From an uncultured Bacillota bacterium (lineage in GTDB: Bacteria; Bacillota; Clostridia; Christensenellales; UBA1242), in assembly GCA_937889705.1 (NCBI GenBank), contig CALBYO010000129.1, positions 1 to 39,748 of the forward strand: DNA of 39,748 bases. Reading direction: 5' to 3'. The notes under the pieces are model-generated. The model was not told the DNA's origin. It was given only the letters and a program-made list of their open reading frames with translations, and ran no database searches. Positions 16,251 to 26,600 of the stretch are shown here, piece by piece. A program made the position numbers and the translations under genes. Numbering within the stretch: the stretch's first letter is position 1; each line of letters opens with the position of its first letter.

Positions 16251-18665
16251 ATGGCCGAAGAATATAATTTTAAAGAGATTGAAAAGAAATGGCAAGATAA
16301 ATGGGAAAACGATGAAAGATTAAAAGCCGTTGATTTTCACCCAACAAAGCCAAAATATTATATGCTTTACGAGTTTCCAAACACAAGCGGCAGTCTGCAC
16401 ATGGGACACCTAAAAGGAACAGTTCCAGCAGATGCACTTGCTAGATTTAAAAGATTTAAAGGCTATAATGTTTTATTTCCAATCGGTGGAGATTCTTTTG
16501 GTTTGCCAGCAGAAAACGCTGCTATCAAATACGGTATTAATCCTAAACAATTTGTTAAAGACGGCATGAAAAACATCTTGGACGGCTTTAAAAAATTGGG
16601 GCTTTCTTTTGATTGGTCAAGGACATTTTGCACCAGCGATCCAGAATATTACAAATGGACGCAATGGATATTCTTGCAACTCTTAAAAAACGGCAAAGCG
16701 TATAAAGAAAAGGGCACAGTAAACTTTTGTCCAAAATGCCAAACAGTTCTTTCAAACGAAGATAGTCAAGGCGGAATTTGCGATAGATGCGGCAGCGAAG
16801 TCGTTCAAGTTAATCGTGATGTTTGGTTCTTGAAAATGAAAGAGTATTCTGAAAAACTTCTCGAAAATGTTGATAGAATACAAATGTCAGATTATTTGAA
16901 AGAAGCACAAAGGAATTGGATAGGAAAAAGTGAAGGGATTCAACTAAAACTTGATTTGGTTGATGACAATAACAAAAAGATTGGGGATATAGAAATTTAT
17001 ACAACATGTATTGAAACGGTTTATGGCATTACTTTTGTTGTGCTTGCACCAGAAAATCAACTTGTTGATAAACTTAAAGATAAAATTAAAAACTTTGACG
17101 ATGTTGTCAAATATCAACAGCAGACAGCATTAAGAAGTGAATTTGATAGAATTAGTCAAGTTAAAGATAAAACTGGCTGCAAATTGGAAGGTGTTTTTGC
17201 AATCAATCCAATAACAAAAGCAAAAGTCCAAGTTTATCTTGCAGATTTTGTTTTGAACAATTACGGCACAGGTGCTGTTATGGCTGTTCCATGCCACGAC
17301 CAAAGAGATTACGAATTTGCACAGAATTTTAATATTCCAATGATACAAGTCATCGAAGGTGATGTGTCAACAAAAGCCGTTGAAAAAGCGGAATATTTGG
17401 AAAAAAATTCAAAACTTATGAATTCTGCCGAATTTTCTGGAATGCCGGTTAAAGAAGCAAAGAAGAAAATTGCAGAAATGGTTGTTGAAAAAGGTTATGG
17501 CAAAAAACAAGTCAACTATAAAATGCAAGACTGGCCATTTAACAGACAAAGATATTGGGGAGAACCATTCCCTGTTGTTTTCTGTGAACATTGCGGCATA
17601 GTTCCATTAGACGAAAAAGATTTGCCGCTCACACTTCCAGAAACAAACGATTATATGCCAAATGCAAAAGGTGATTCACCACTTTCAAAGATTGAAAGTT
17701 TTGTAAATTGCAAATGTCCAAAGTGCGGAGCACCTGCAAAGAGAGAAACAGATACAATGCCAAACTGGGCGGGTTCAAGTTGGTATTGGCTTAGATATGT
17801 AGATCCACACAACGATAAAGCGCTTGCAGATTATGACAAATTAAAATACTGGGGCAGTGTAGATTGCTACACTGGTGGAACAGAACATATAACGCGACAT
17901 GTTTTGTATGCTTTCTTCTGGCAAAATTTCCTTTACGAAATTGGTGCAGTTCCAACAAGAGATCCATTCATTAGAAAAATGGGAAGCGGTTTGATTTTGG
18001 ACGACGAAGGCAAAAAAATGAGCAAAAGTTCCAAAAACGGTGTTTCACCACTTGCAGTTATTGAACAGTATGGCGCAGATGTTGCGAGAATGCATGTTCA
18101 TTTCCTTGCTGGTTACGAAGATAATTGTATGTGGACATTCAAGGGCATTGAAGGTATTGTAAATTTCCTTGATAAAGTTTGGAAATTGCAAGACATTATC
18201 AAAGGCGAAGAAGTTTCAAAAGAGCACGAAGTTGAACTCAATGCTTTAATCAAAAAACTTGAAGAAGATTATGAAAATCTTAAACTTAACACTGCAATAT
18301 CTGCTTGCATGATATTCATGAAAAAAATCAAAGCAGACGGGTATATAACAAAAGAAGAATTAAGACAATATTTAATTGTGTTAAACCCACTTGCTCCACA
18401 TTTAACAAGCGAGTTATTTGAGAAAGTGTTTAACAAAGACATTCTTGACGAGTCATGGCCAAAATATGATGAAAATAAAACTCAAAAGCAAGAAATCAAT
18501 TTGCCAATTCAAGTAAATGGGAAAATGAAAGGCACAATCGAAATTTCAGTTGGCACTTCCCAAGAAGAAATTGAAAATATGGTTTATTCAACTGGTAAGG
18601 TTGATAAGTCACAGGTTAAAAAAATAATTTATATTCCTAATAGAATTATAAACTTTATAGTTTAA
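16251..18665 (+). CDS. leuS: Leucyl-tRNA synthetase
   Basis: HIGH-type motif HMGH and KMSKS motif (KKMSKSSKNG). CP1 editing domain present. 804 aa. Starts 11 nt after the lipoprotein stop. Confidence 0.95.
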   Translation: MAEEYNFKEIEKKWQDKWENDERLKAVDFHPTKPKYYMLYEFPNTSGSLHMGHLKGTVPADALARFKRFKGYNVLFPIGGDSFGLPAENAAIKYGINPKQFVKDGMKNILDGFKKLGLSFDWSRTFCTSDPEYYKWTQWIFLQLLKNGKAYKEKGTVNFCPKCQTVLSNEDSQGGICDRCGSEVVQVNRDVWFLKMKEYSEKLLENVDRIQMSDYLKEAQRNWIGKSEGIQLKLDLVDDNNKKIGDIEIYTTCIETVYGITFVVLAPENQLVDKLKDKIKNFDDVVKYQQQTALRSEFDRISQVKDKTGCKLEGVFAINPITKAKVQVYLADFVLNNYGTGAVMAVPCHDQRDYEFAQNFNIPMIQVIEGDVSTKAVEKAEYLEKNSKLMNSAEFSGMPVKEAKKKIAEMVVEKGYGKKQVNYKMQDWPFNRQRYWGEPFPVVFCEHCGIVPLDEKDLPLTLPETNDYMPNAKGDSPLSKIESFVNCKCPKCGAPAKRETDTMPNWAGSSWYWLRYVDPHNDKALADYDKLKYWGSVDCYTGGTEHITRHVLYAFFWQNFLYEIGAVPTRDPFIRKMGSGLILDDEGKKMSKSSKNGVSPLAVIEQYGADVARMHVHFLAGYEDNCMWTFKGIEGIVNFLDKVWKLQDIIKGEEVSKEHEVELNALIKKLEEDYENLKLNTAISACMIFMKKIKADGYITKEELRQYLIVLNPLAPHLTSELFEKVFNKDILDESWPKYDENKTQKQEINLPIQVNGKMKGTIEISVGTSQEEIENMVYSTGKVDKSQVKKIIYIPNRIINFIV

Positions 18666-18666
18666 T

Positions 18667-18696
18667 AAAAAAAATCACGATTTTCGTGATTTTTTT
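18667..18696. terminator. Bidirectional terminator between leuS and the M23 peptidase gene
   Basis: aaaaatcacga-ttt-tcgtgattttttt. Confidence 0.75.
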
Positions 18697-18712
18697 ATGG
18701 TTTAAAGAAGGA

Positions 18713-19321
18713 TTATTTGTTTTGCAATGCAAGATAGTCGTTTGGATTAATTTGATTGTTGTCTTTTAAAAGTTCAAAATGTAAGTGTGCACCAGACTTA
18801 AATTCTTCGCCAGCACTGTTTGATACTGAGCCTAACTTTTGACCCTTTTTAACTTTGTCACCAACTTTTACGGCAACTTTGCTGTCGAGTGAAGAATACT
18901 TGCTTGTGAATTGGTCGTTGTGTTTAATAACAATGACAGTGCCTTCAATATTGTTTGTGTAAAGTTGAACAATTTCGCCGGCTTCTGCTGCTAAAACATC
19001 AGTTGAACTTTCACTTCTTAAATCAACGCCTTTGTGAGTTTCATACCAGCCCATTGTTTCGTTGTACAAGAATTCTTCTCTGGAATAGTCATGTAGAACT
19101 TGACAATCAGCAAGTGGCAAAGTGAAATTCAAAGCATTTCCGCCAACTTCCATTGGATCTTTATTTTCAACATTTAAGTCCGTGCTTGTTGGTCTGCCTG
19201 TTAAAACAACTGAAAGTGTAACAACAAGAACGATAACAGCAACTGCGATAAAGTATCCGTATTTCTTTAAAAAGTTTTTAAAACCCTCTCCTCTTTTTTT
19301 GATTTTGATTTGATTACCCAT
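18713..19321 (-). CDS. M23 family metallopeptidase (LytM domain) with N-terminal membrane anchor
   Basis: HKGVDL and GAHLHFEL motifs. Start moved to the ATG at 19321, which has a perfect AGGAGG Shine-Dalgarno 6 nt upstream; the ORF-track start at 19339 has none. Confidence 0.85.
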   Translation of the reverse strand: MGNQIKIKKRGEGFKNFLKKYGYFIAVAVIVLVVTLSVVLTGRPTSTDLNVENKDPMEVGGNALNFTLPLADCQVLHDYSREEFLYNETMGWYETHKGVDLRSESSTDVLAAEAGEIVQLYTNNIEGTVIVIKHNDQFTSKYSSLDSKVAVKVGDKVKKGQKLGSVSNSAGEEFKSGAHLHFELLKDNNQINPNDYLALQNK

Positions 19322-19382
19322 CTTTAACCTCCTGCGCAAATTATTGACATATATTTTTTCATTTATACATTCAATTTTTAAA

Positions 19383-19856
19383 TTAATAACTTCCGAGCAG
19401 AAGCGGCAATCCTACCTTATTTTCAAAAGAAGAAACAAGAATTTGAACATTAACTTTTTTGCCATCTATGATCACAAATTTATTAAATTTATTTGTGCAA
19501 GCGTAAATAATTGTTTTTTCTTGATTATTTATCATAATTTTTTGTTTTTTCACTATTTTAGCGTTTAAAATTTCCAAAATATTTTCGAGTTTAAGATTTG
19601 TTGTAAATTCAAATCCATTAAAATTTGTTTCTGCAATAAATTTTGCTGCGTTATCTTTGGTTGGGGCGATATATATTCCAATTCCATTTTTATATGTTTT
19701 TTCATTTTCAAAATCTATATTAGAAGAATAATATATCTTAATATTACTTGCTTCTAACTTACTTAAATCAATATCGTTGGAATAACATAAAGATGTAAGC
19801 GAAATTAAAAGAGTTGAAAATAAAAAAGCAATAAATCTTAAAACATTTGAATTCAT
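19383..19856 (-). CDS. Small secreted protein, hypothetical (possibly YwmB/DUF1779-like)
   Basis: Signal-peptide-like N-terminus MNSNVLRFIAFLFSTLLISLTSL. The C-terminal VGLPLLLGSY resembles the YwmB family end. Start is ambiguous (ATG 19856 or GTG 19874) and no clear Shine-Dalgarno is present. Confidence 0.5.
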   Translation of the reverse strand: MNSNVLRFIAFLFSTLLISLTSLCYSNDIDLSKLEASNIKIYYSSNIDFENEKTYKNGIGIYIAPTKDNAAKFIAETNFNGFEFTTNLKLENILEILNAKIVKKQKIMINNQEKTIIYACTNKFNKFVIIDGKKVNVQILVSSFENKVGLPLLLGSY

Positions 19857-19898
19857 GTTAAGAGTTATTGCCACTTTTGATAAAATTTATACAATAAT

Positions 19899-21080
19899 TT
19901 AGGCGAAATTTAAGTATCCTAGTCGCATCATTGCATTGAGTTGAAAGCAATTTGACGAGAGTGCGACATAGGAGATGTTTTCATAAAAGTTATTTTCGTT
20001 TATTGTTCTGACTTCTTTTTGTGAATATAAATTCATCATTCTTTTTGAAATTTTTGATATTTTATTTTTTATTAAAAGTATGCTTGCATTGAGTTTCGGT
20101 CTGATACATTTTGCTTTAAAGAAAAATTGATTTGTTGTTAAGTTTTGATAATTTTGAATAAAATCTTCAAAAAAAGTGCAATTTTTGCCATTTTTTTGCA
20201 ATATTTTAATCAAATATTCGTAATTTGGCGTGTTTTTATAATACAGATTATTGCTTGTCCAAAAGTGCTCGTAGATTGTTAGAAGTGCATTTGAAGCGAT
20301 TAACGCACGCCTTCCGAAGTTTGAATTTAAGTTATCGCTTTGTGGCAAGGTGGCAATTTCAATCATAGCCAAATCGCAAGAGAGTTCGTCTGCGATTGTA
20401 AAAAGTTCAATTAGATTGTCCATCAAATTTAAAATGGCAACTTCTTTTTTCAAACTTAGCCAGTTGATTAAACCTTCTGTTTTATTGATAACTTTTTTTA
20501 GCGCGTTTATGGCATAAGTGTTGTCATTTGAGAAAAGCAAATTTTTAACTTGCTCAGAAAATATTGTTTCTAAGAATGAGAATATAAAACAACAAGTTGA
20601 AAAAACAAAATTATCCGGACTTGATTTTATGATGTTTTCGTCAATAAAAACTTTTTTTGGATAGTCTAGCAATACTTTTTCAGTTGTTAGTGAATTTGTT
20701 TTATAAGCATAGTTTGTGAAATAACCAAAGTGAGATATTGTTGATGGCACAACAACATAGTCTACGCCCAAACTTTTTGCTACAAGTTTTGACAGGTCGG
20801 TCACTTTTCCTGCGCCAAAAGAAATTATCAAATCGCAGTTTTGTGCTTTGCTTGCCGAGCGAATTATGTTCTCATGGTCTTCAAGTTCTGGGTTAAATTC
20901 TTGAACAAAAAAGTCTATGTTTTTATCATTTAAAAAACACATTAAAGCGGGAAGATACAACTTTTTTGGCGTTTTTGATGTAAAAATCGCTATTTTTTTG
21001 TAATTTTCGGCAAATTCTGCTAAATCTTCAAAAACTCCTTTCTTAAAAACTATCTTTTCTATTGGGTTGAATGAACTCAT
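19899..21080 (-). CDS. Fe-ADH/DHQS-superfamily protein, glycerol-1-phosphate dehydrogenase (AraM/EgsA)-like, with a divergent active site
   Basis: Rossmann-like FGAGKVTDLSKLVA (compare GGGxxxD) followed by VVVPSTISHFGYFT (compare VPTxxSxDGxxS). AAGGAG Shine-Dalgarno 8 nt upstream. Confidence 0.45.
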   Translation of the reverse strand: MSSFNPIEKIVFKKGVFEDLAEFAENYKKIAIFTSKTPKKLYLPALMCFLNDKNIDFFVQEFNPELEDHENIIRSASKAQNCDLIISFGAGKVTDLSKLVAKSLGVDYVVVPSTISHFGYFTNYAYKTNSLTTEKVLLDYPKKVFIDENIIKSSPDNFVFSTCCFIFSFLETIFSEQVKNLLFSNDNTYAINALKKVINKTEGLINWLSLKKEVAILNLMDNLIELFTIADELSCDLAMIEIATLPQSDNLNSNFGRRALIASNALLTIYEHFWTSNNLYYKNTPNYEYLIKILQKNGKNCTFFEDFIQNYQNLTTNQFFFKAKCIRPKLNASILLIKNKISKISKRMMNLYSQKEVRTINENNFYENISYVALSSNCFQLNAMMRLGYLNFA

Positions 21081-21186
21081 ATTTTGTGCTCCTTAATAGC
21101 GAGTTTACTATTCTTTCAATGTCTAAAAATAGAATAATTTGTGAAATAGTTTGTTTTCTAATAGAAAATGGTTTAAACTCTTTGTG

Positions 21187-23433
21187 ATGGAACTTGAAGG
21201 CATTGTTGACGAAATAATTTTTAGAAATGACGATAACGGCTATACCGTTTTTCTTTTTGATTGTTCCGATAAAGGTCATGTTGCTGTTGGTAGTTTTTTG
21301 AGTATCAATGTTGGCGAAAACCTTAAACTGGTTGGCGATTTCAAACATAATGGTAAGTATGGAATGCAATTTCAAGTTGACAGTTATGAAAGTATTGCGC
21401 CAAAAACTCGAAACGGCATAATAAGATATTTGTCAAGCGGACTTATTAAAGGCGTTGGTCCTGTGACTGCCGAAGCGATTGTAAAAAAGTTTAAAGAAAA
21501 CACTCTTGAAGTTATTGAGTTTAATCCTGAAAAGTTGGTTGAAGTTCGCGGCATCTCTAAAAAGAAAGCCGAACTTATTTCAGGGTCGCTGGTTGAAGTT
21601 AGGGATATGCAAAATGCGATGGTATTTTTGCAAGGCTATAATATTTCAACAACTATTGCTTTAAAAATCTATGAGATATACAAAAACAGCACAATAGAAG
21701 TTGTGAAAACAAATCCATATAGATTGGTTGAAGAAGTTAACGGAATTGGTTTTGCAAAGGCAGATAAGATTGCGCAAAGCATGGGAATTGCGGTTGATAG
21801 TCCGTTTAGAATTAGGGCGGGCATTTTGCATATTTTAAACGAAGCGAGCGATAAAAATGGTCACACATATATGTTAAAACCGCAACTTGTTGAAGGGGTT
21901 AACAAACTTTTGGCGCTAGAAAATGTTGATGTTTCAAAAATATTTGAAGATATTTTTGATGTGCTTCAAAAAGAAAACTTGGTTAAGGTATTTTGGGAAG
22001 ATAAGCACGAGATAATCATGCTGACAAAAATGTATAATGCTGAAAAATATGTGGCTTCAAAACTTGCTATTTTGAATAATTCTAACATTGAAACAGACTT
22101 AAACTTGGACGATGAAATAACATTTTTTGAAAGTCAAAAGCACTTAAAATTGCACCAAGACCAGAAAAATGCAATAAAAATGGCAATAAACAGTGGCGTG
22201 AGCGTTATCACTGGTGGCCCAGGCACGGGTAAAACAACGATAGTGTCATGCGCTCTTGAAATTTTTAAGATGTTGAATAAAAACATTTTGCTTTTAGCGC
22301 CAACAGGTCGTGCAGCGAAAAGGCTTTCTGAAAGCACGGGCGAAGAAGCAAAGACAATACATCGCGCACTTGAAATTGATTTCCGCTCAAAACTGGGCTT
22401 ATTTGTTTACAACGAGAAAAATCCTTTGCCATACGATGTTATCATTGTTGACGAAGTTTCAATGGTTGATGTTGTATTAATGAATAGTTTGCTAAAAGCG
22501 ATTTCAAAAGGGTCAAAACTGATTTTGGTTGGAGATAAAGATCAATTACCTAGCGTTGGCGCGGGAAATGTGTTGGCGGATATTTTAAGCAGTCAAACAA
22601 TAAATGTGACACAACTCACGCAAATTTACAGGCAAGAAAATGATAGTTTGATTATTTCAAACGCTCACATGATAAATGAAGGAGTTATGCCTGTTTTAGA
22701 CAATAAAAGTTCAGACTTTTTCTTTGATTCCAAGGAAGAAAGGGCAGACATTTTTAATAGTATTGTATCGCTTGTGACGCAAAGAATACCATCATTTTTC
22801 AAGATTGATAAATCTAAAATACAGGTTCTTGCACCATTGAAAGCGGGTGAGTGCGGAATTGAAAATATAAATGTAAGTTTGCAAGAAAAAATTAATCCGC
22901 CACTTCCAACAAAAAATGAAATTAAAGTTGGGCAAACAATTTTCCGTGAAGGCGACAAAATTATGCAGACGGCAAATAACTATAATTTGGAGTGGAAAAA
23001 GAGATACGAACGCGAAAATTATTTTGAAGATGGTGCTGGTGTGTTTAATGGAGATATAGGATACATTCACAAAATAATTCCGCAGACTTATGAAATGATT
23101 GTTTGGTTTGAAGATGGCAGAGAAGTCGTGTATCCACGCAGTGAACTTTCGCAACTTTCTCTTGCTTATGCTATTACAATTCACAAAAGCCAAGGCTCGG
23201 AGTTTGACGCTGTTGTAATTCCTGTTACAAGCGGACCAAGTTTGATTTTTACAAGAAATTTAATTTATACGGCTGTTACAAGAGCAAAAAAATTGGTCGT
23301 TTTAGTTGGCTCAAAGTCCGCTTTAAAAAGAATGATATCAAACACATACATGGCTAAAAGGTTTACGCTTTTAGAAAAATTTTTAATTGAAGAAAATAAA
23401 AAATATAAATTATTATTTTCGGAAAATAATTAA
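21187..23433 (+). CDS. recD2: RecD2-type ATP-dependent DNA helicase (SF1B)
   Basis: N-terminal OB/HhH region, Walker A GGPGTGKTT, IIVDEVSMVD, LVGDKDQLPSVGAG, YAITIHKSQGSEF. The ATG at 21187 (MELEGIVDEII) is preferred over the TTG at 21151. Confidence 0.88.
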   Translation: MELEGIVDEIIFRNDDNGYTVFLFDCSDKGHVAVGSFLSINVGENLKLVGDFKHNGKYGMQFQVDSYESIAPKTRNGIIRYLSSGLIKGVGPVTAEAIVKKFKENTLEVIEFNPEKLVEVRGISKKKAELISGSLVEVRDMQNAMVFLQGYNISTTIALKIYEIYKNSTIEVVKTNPYRLVEEVNGIGFAKADKIAQSMGIAVDSPFRIRAGILHILNEASDKNGHTYMLKPQLVEGVNKLLALENVDVSKIFEDIFDVLQKENLVKVFWEDKHEIIMLTKMYNAEKYVASKLAILNNSNIETDLNLDDEITFFESQKHLKLHQDQKNAIKMAINSGVSVITGGPGTGKTTIVSCALEIFKMLNKNILLLAPTGRAAKRLSESTGEEAKTIHRALEIDFRSKLGLFVYNEKNPLPYDVIIVDEVSMVDVVLMNSLLKAISKGSKLILVGDKDQLPSVGAGNVLADILSSQTINVTQLTQIYRQENDSLIISNAHMINEGVMPVLDNKSSDFFFDSKEERADIFNSIVSLVTQRIPSFFKIDKSKIQVLAPLKAGECGIENINVSLQEKINPPLPTKNEIKVGQTIFREGDKIMQTANNYNLEWKKRYERENYFEDGAGVFNGDIGYIHKIIPQTYEMIVWFEDGREVVYPRSELSQLSLAYAITIHKSQGSEFDAVVIPVTSGPSLIFTRNLIYTAVTRAKKLVVLVGSKSALKRMISNTYMAKRFTLLEKFLIEENKKYKLLFSENN

Positions 23434-23577
23434 AAAATTAAAAAATCAATAAAAAATAGCATTTTTAATTAATTTTTATTTAATTTTGCTATTTTTTTAT
23501 TATTTTAATTAATTTTTTCAGGATTTATTGCAATTTATTTAATAATTAATTTTGCTAAAAATTAACCTTAAATTTGT

Positions 23578-23606
23578 TTGACTAAAATATTATATAATTA
23601 TATAAT
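23578..23606 (+). promoter_or_regulatory. Promoter of the giant gene (TTGACT-17-TATAAT)
   Basis: TTGACT at 23578-23583 and TATAAT at 23601-23606 with a 17-nt spacer, at the end of a 235-bp extremely AT-rich spacer. Confidence 0.65.
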
Positions 23607-23667
23607 TATTTTAAATAATTTGCGGATAATAATTTTATTCTCAAAAAAATATACAAATGGGGGCAAT

Positions 23668-26600
23668 ATGAGAACATTAAAAGTTGCATTAATTGTATTT
23701 TTTTCAATTTTAGGAATTGTGGGGGCGACTGTTCTTGGTTTATACCTAACAGGCAAATTAAATGTTGAGGCCATTCCACCAGCAGACATTTTTTACGCCG
23801 ATGTAACAGTTGACGAAAATGGAAATCAAACTTTCACTTCTCATACAGGTGAATATTTTGCTTCAAGCAATTTTGAAATGATAATCGGCACGACTTCAAA
23901 AAGTGAAGATTATAACCAAACAAAAGTAAATTTAGATTTCGGCACAACAGTTGCTAAAAGATATTTGAAAGTAAATTCAGAAACTTTAACTCCATATTGT
24001 TACACATTGGACGAAAACGGCAATCAAGTTAAATACGAGTTGACCGATGAAGCGAATGGAAATTACATAACGAACGGAAAAATTGTTGTTCCAAAAACTG
24101 TAACCATTGGCAGAGCGTTTAAAGTTTTGCTTTGTGTTTCAACAGATGAGGCGTCTGACGGAGCAATAGATGAGAACACTAAACTTTATAATATCGGCGG
24201 AACGGTTGTGTTGTATGCTCAATCCGAAGCAAAGTCTTTGAGCAGAATTAATACAACAATCAATATTGATGTTCCAGTTGAAAGCATCAGAATAATTCCA
24301 ACAACAAGCAATGGTGGTGAAGAAAAAGTTTTAAACACCATTATTGAAAACGACAAACTTTATTATGTTGTCAACCTTGAAACTTTCTTCGGTTTGAAAG
24401 TGGAGTTCTCGCCAGCAAGAAGTGCATATCTTTATGGAAAAGATGGCTCAAATGGCACTGCTCAATTTAAAAAAGTAATATTCGGGCTTAACAACGATGA
24501 AGAAAATATTGTATTGGTTGATGCGGACGGCAATATGATTGCTGGCGTGTCAGATATTGCAAGAATGCTTAGCGTTCTTTCTGGCGATGGCGAAGTTTTT
24601 GCAAGAGTTTTCAAAAATGCTGCAGATAACAACGCTAACGCTGGATTATCACTCGCAGAACAATACGAATTAATGGCAAATAGTGGTGTTAGCGCAAGTG
24701 CAAACATTCGTGTTACAAATATCACTATTGACGGCTTTGAAATTTCAGATAAATATCATGGCGCGGGCAATGAACTTGATTTTGATATCAACAACAGGTT
24801 GATTATCACAGCAAACAACGAACTTTTTGGAAAATCACTCCAAATTGGAATTTTGGCAGATGGATATTCACAAGGCGCAGTCCAAAAAGAAATTGAAAAT
24901 ATTTACCTTTCAATCCAAGTATTCAAAAATGGTTCTTGGGTTGATGCTACCGCTGGTGATAACAAATATTTCGCCTTTGTTGGCTCGCAAGTTTATGTTA
25001 TGAATTTGTTAGACAGCGATTATTATGGATTTAACTTCTATCAAGTTAAATTTAACCGCAACATGCCAAACAACTCATATTGGGAAATTGCGGCACTTGC
25101 CAATAACGAAAATGCAGACTATTCGTCAATTAGAATTCAAGTATTCTATAAGTCGAGCGAAGGCATTGTTGAAAACAATTCCAAATATGGCCCATACGAT
25201 GTTGAATGTGTTGTAAATCCAGTTGTTGAACCAGAAGTTGAATGGAACGACAATTCAGATTATAAACAATCTGACGAACTTGTTGCAGATAACAGAAATG
25301 AAGAGATTTTATTCTATGTTGACGGCGTTGCAAATCCAATTATTATTGATTTGACAAATTTGGGACTTATTACAAATCTTGATCAAAATCCTGCAAATAC
25401 TTTGATTAAATATTTCATCTGTTCAAAAACTGATGCAAATTTAGATAGTAAAATTAATTGCAGAAAGTACAATGGTCAACTTCAAGGTTTGCCAACCGGT
25501 ATGCAATATGTTTATGAACTTTTAAGCGATGAGAAATTGATTATTTCATCAATGGGCGATGTTTCAGAATTTGAGTTTGACATTGTTTTTGCAGTTGTTC
25601 AAAATGACTTCTATGGCAACGCAGTTAAGGACGGCGATAGTTATGTAATTAAAGCGCTCCCAAGCGCCCAAAACGGTTCGCTCATTACTTTACCATTCAG
25701 AATTTCAAAAACTGTTGATATTTCAAACGAGTCATTGAGTGTTGTTATTAATACGCCTGTTTCTCCATACGGCGAACCAACATTCGTGCTTCAAAGAACT
25801 TCAAATTCTTTAAAACTTGCTATAAAAATCAAAACAACAGATGTTGAAATCTTCAAAAAACAAGTTGATGCGGGCAATATAACTTTGCACGCTTATGAAA
25901 ATAATGTTTTAGTAAACTATTTGCATTATTACAATGACGGCGTTAATTATCCGCTTGAAAACGCATTGGCGGCGTATTTGGAAACAAATCCAACTGTTTT
26001 AACAGACGGCGAATATACGATTTTTGAAATCAACTTGTCAACTGGCGAAATTGCATTTGCTGATGCGGAAGACGAAAAAGCAATCAATATTGTTTTGAAT
26101 TATGTTGTGAACACAGAAAAAGGTGATATGAATTTCACAGCAAGCACAACAAATATAAACATTTACTCAGGTAAAATTAACGATTTAAAAATCAAATACT
26201 CTTACATTGACGACAATGGCGTAACTGTTGAAAAATATTTTGAAGGCAACGAAATAATCAACATTGTTAAACGAATTGTAAATAATGTTGGCGTAACGGA
26301 AATCTCTACTATCTACACAATGGAGATTGACGGTCAAGAAAGAGAAATTGTAATTTTAACAAACGATTATTTGAATGTTGAATTTACAAAATATGGCATA
26401 GACGATGTGCTTAATATTTCGTCAAGCAATTCACTTGTTTTGCAAGTTAGTTATATGTCGCTTAACGACGAAATTAAATATCAATTATCAGCATTGAAAA
26501 GCGGCGAAAATGTTAGAGTAACATTCAAACCACAATTTGCTCATTCAAACTTCAAAGCTATCACACTTGTATTCAATATTGATGCAAACTTTGAAGTTGA

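Noticed and set aside
21043-21375. 110-aa minus-strand ORF, and the TTG 21151 start for recD2
   Set aside because: The minus ORF overlaps the start of the G1PDH-like gene and the recD2 N-terminus. The RecD2 family N-terminus aligns best from MELEGIVDEII (ATG 21187).
23578-23667. ORF-track start of the giant gene at TTG 23578 (MTKILYNYIIILNNL...)
   Set aside because: The TTG is the -35 hexamer of a TTGACT-17-TATAAT promoter. The first 30 codons are pure AT-rich spacer translation. ATG 23668 has a Shine-Dalgarno and begins a proper charged-then-hydrophobic N-terminus.
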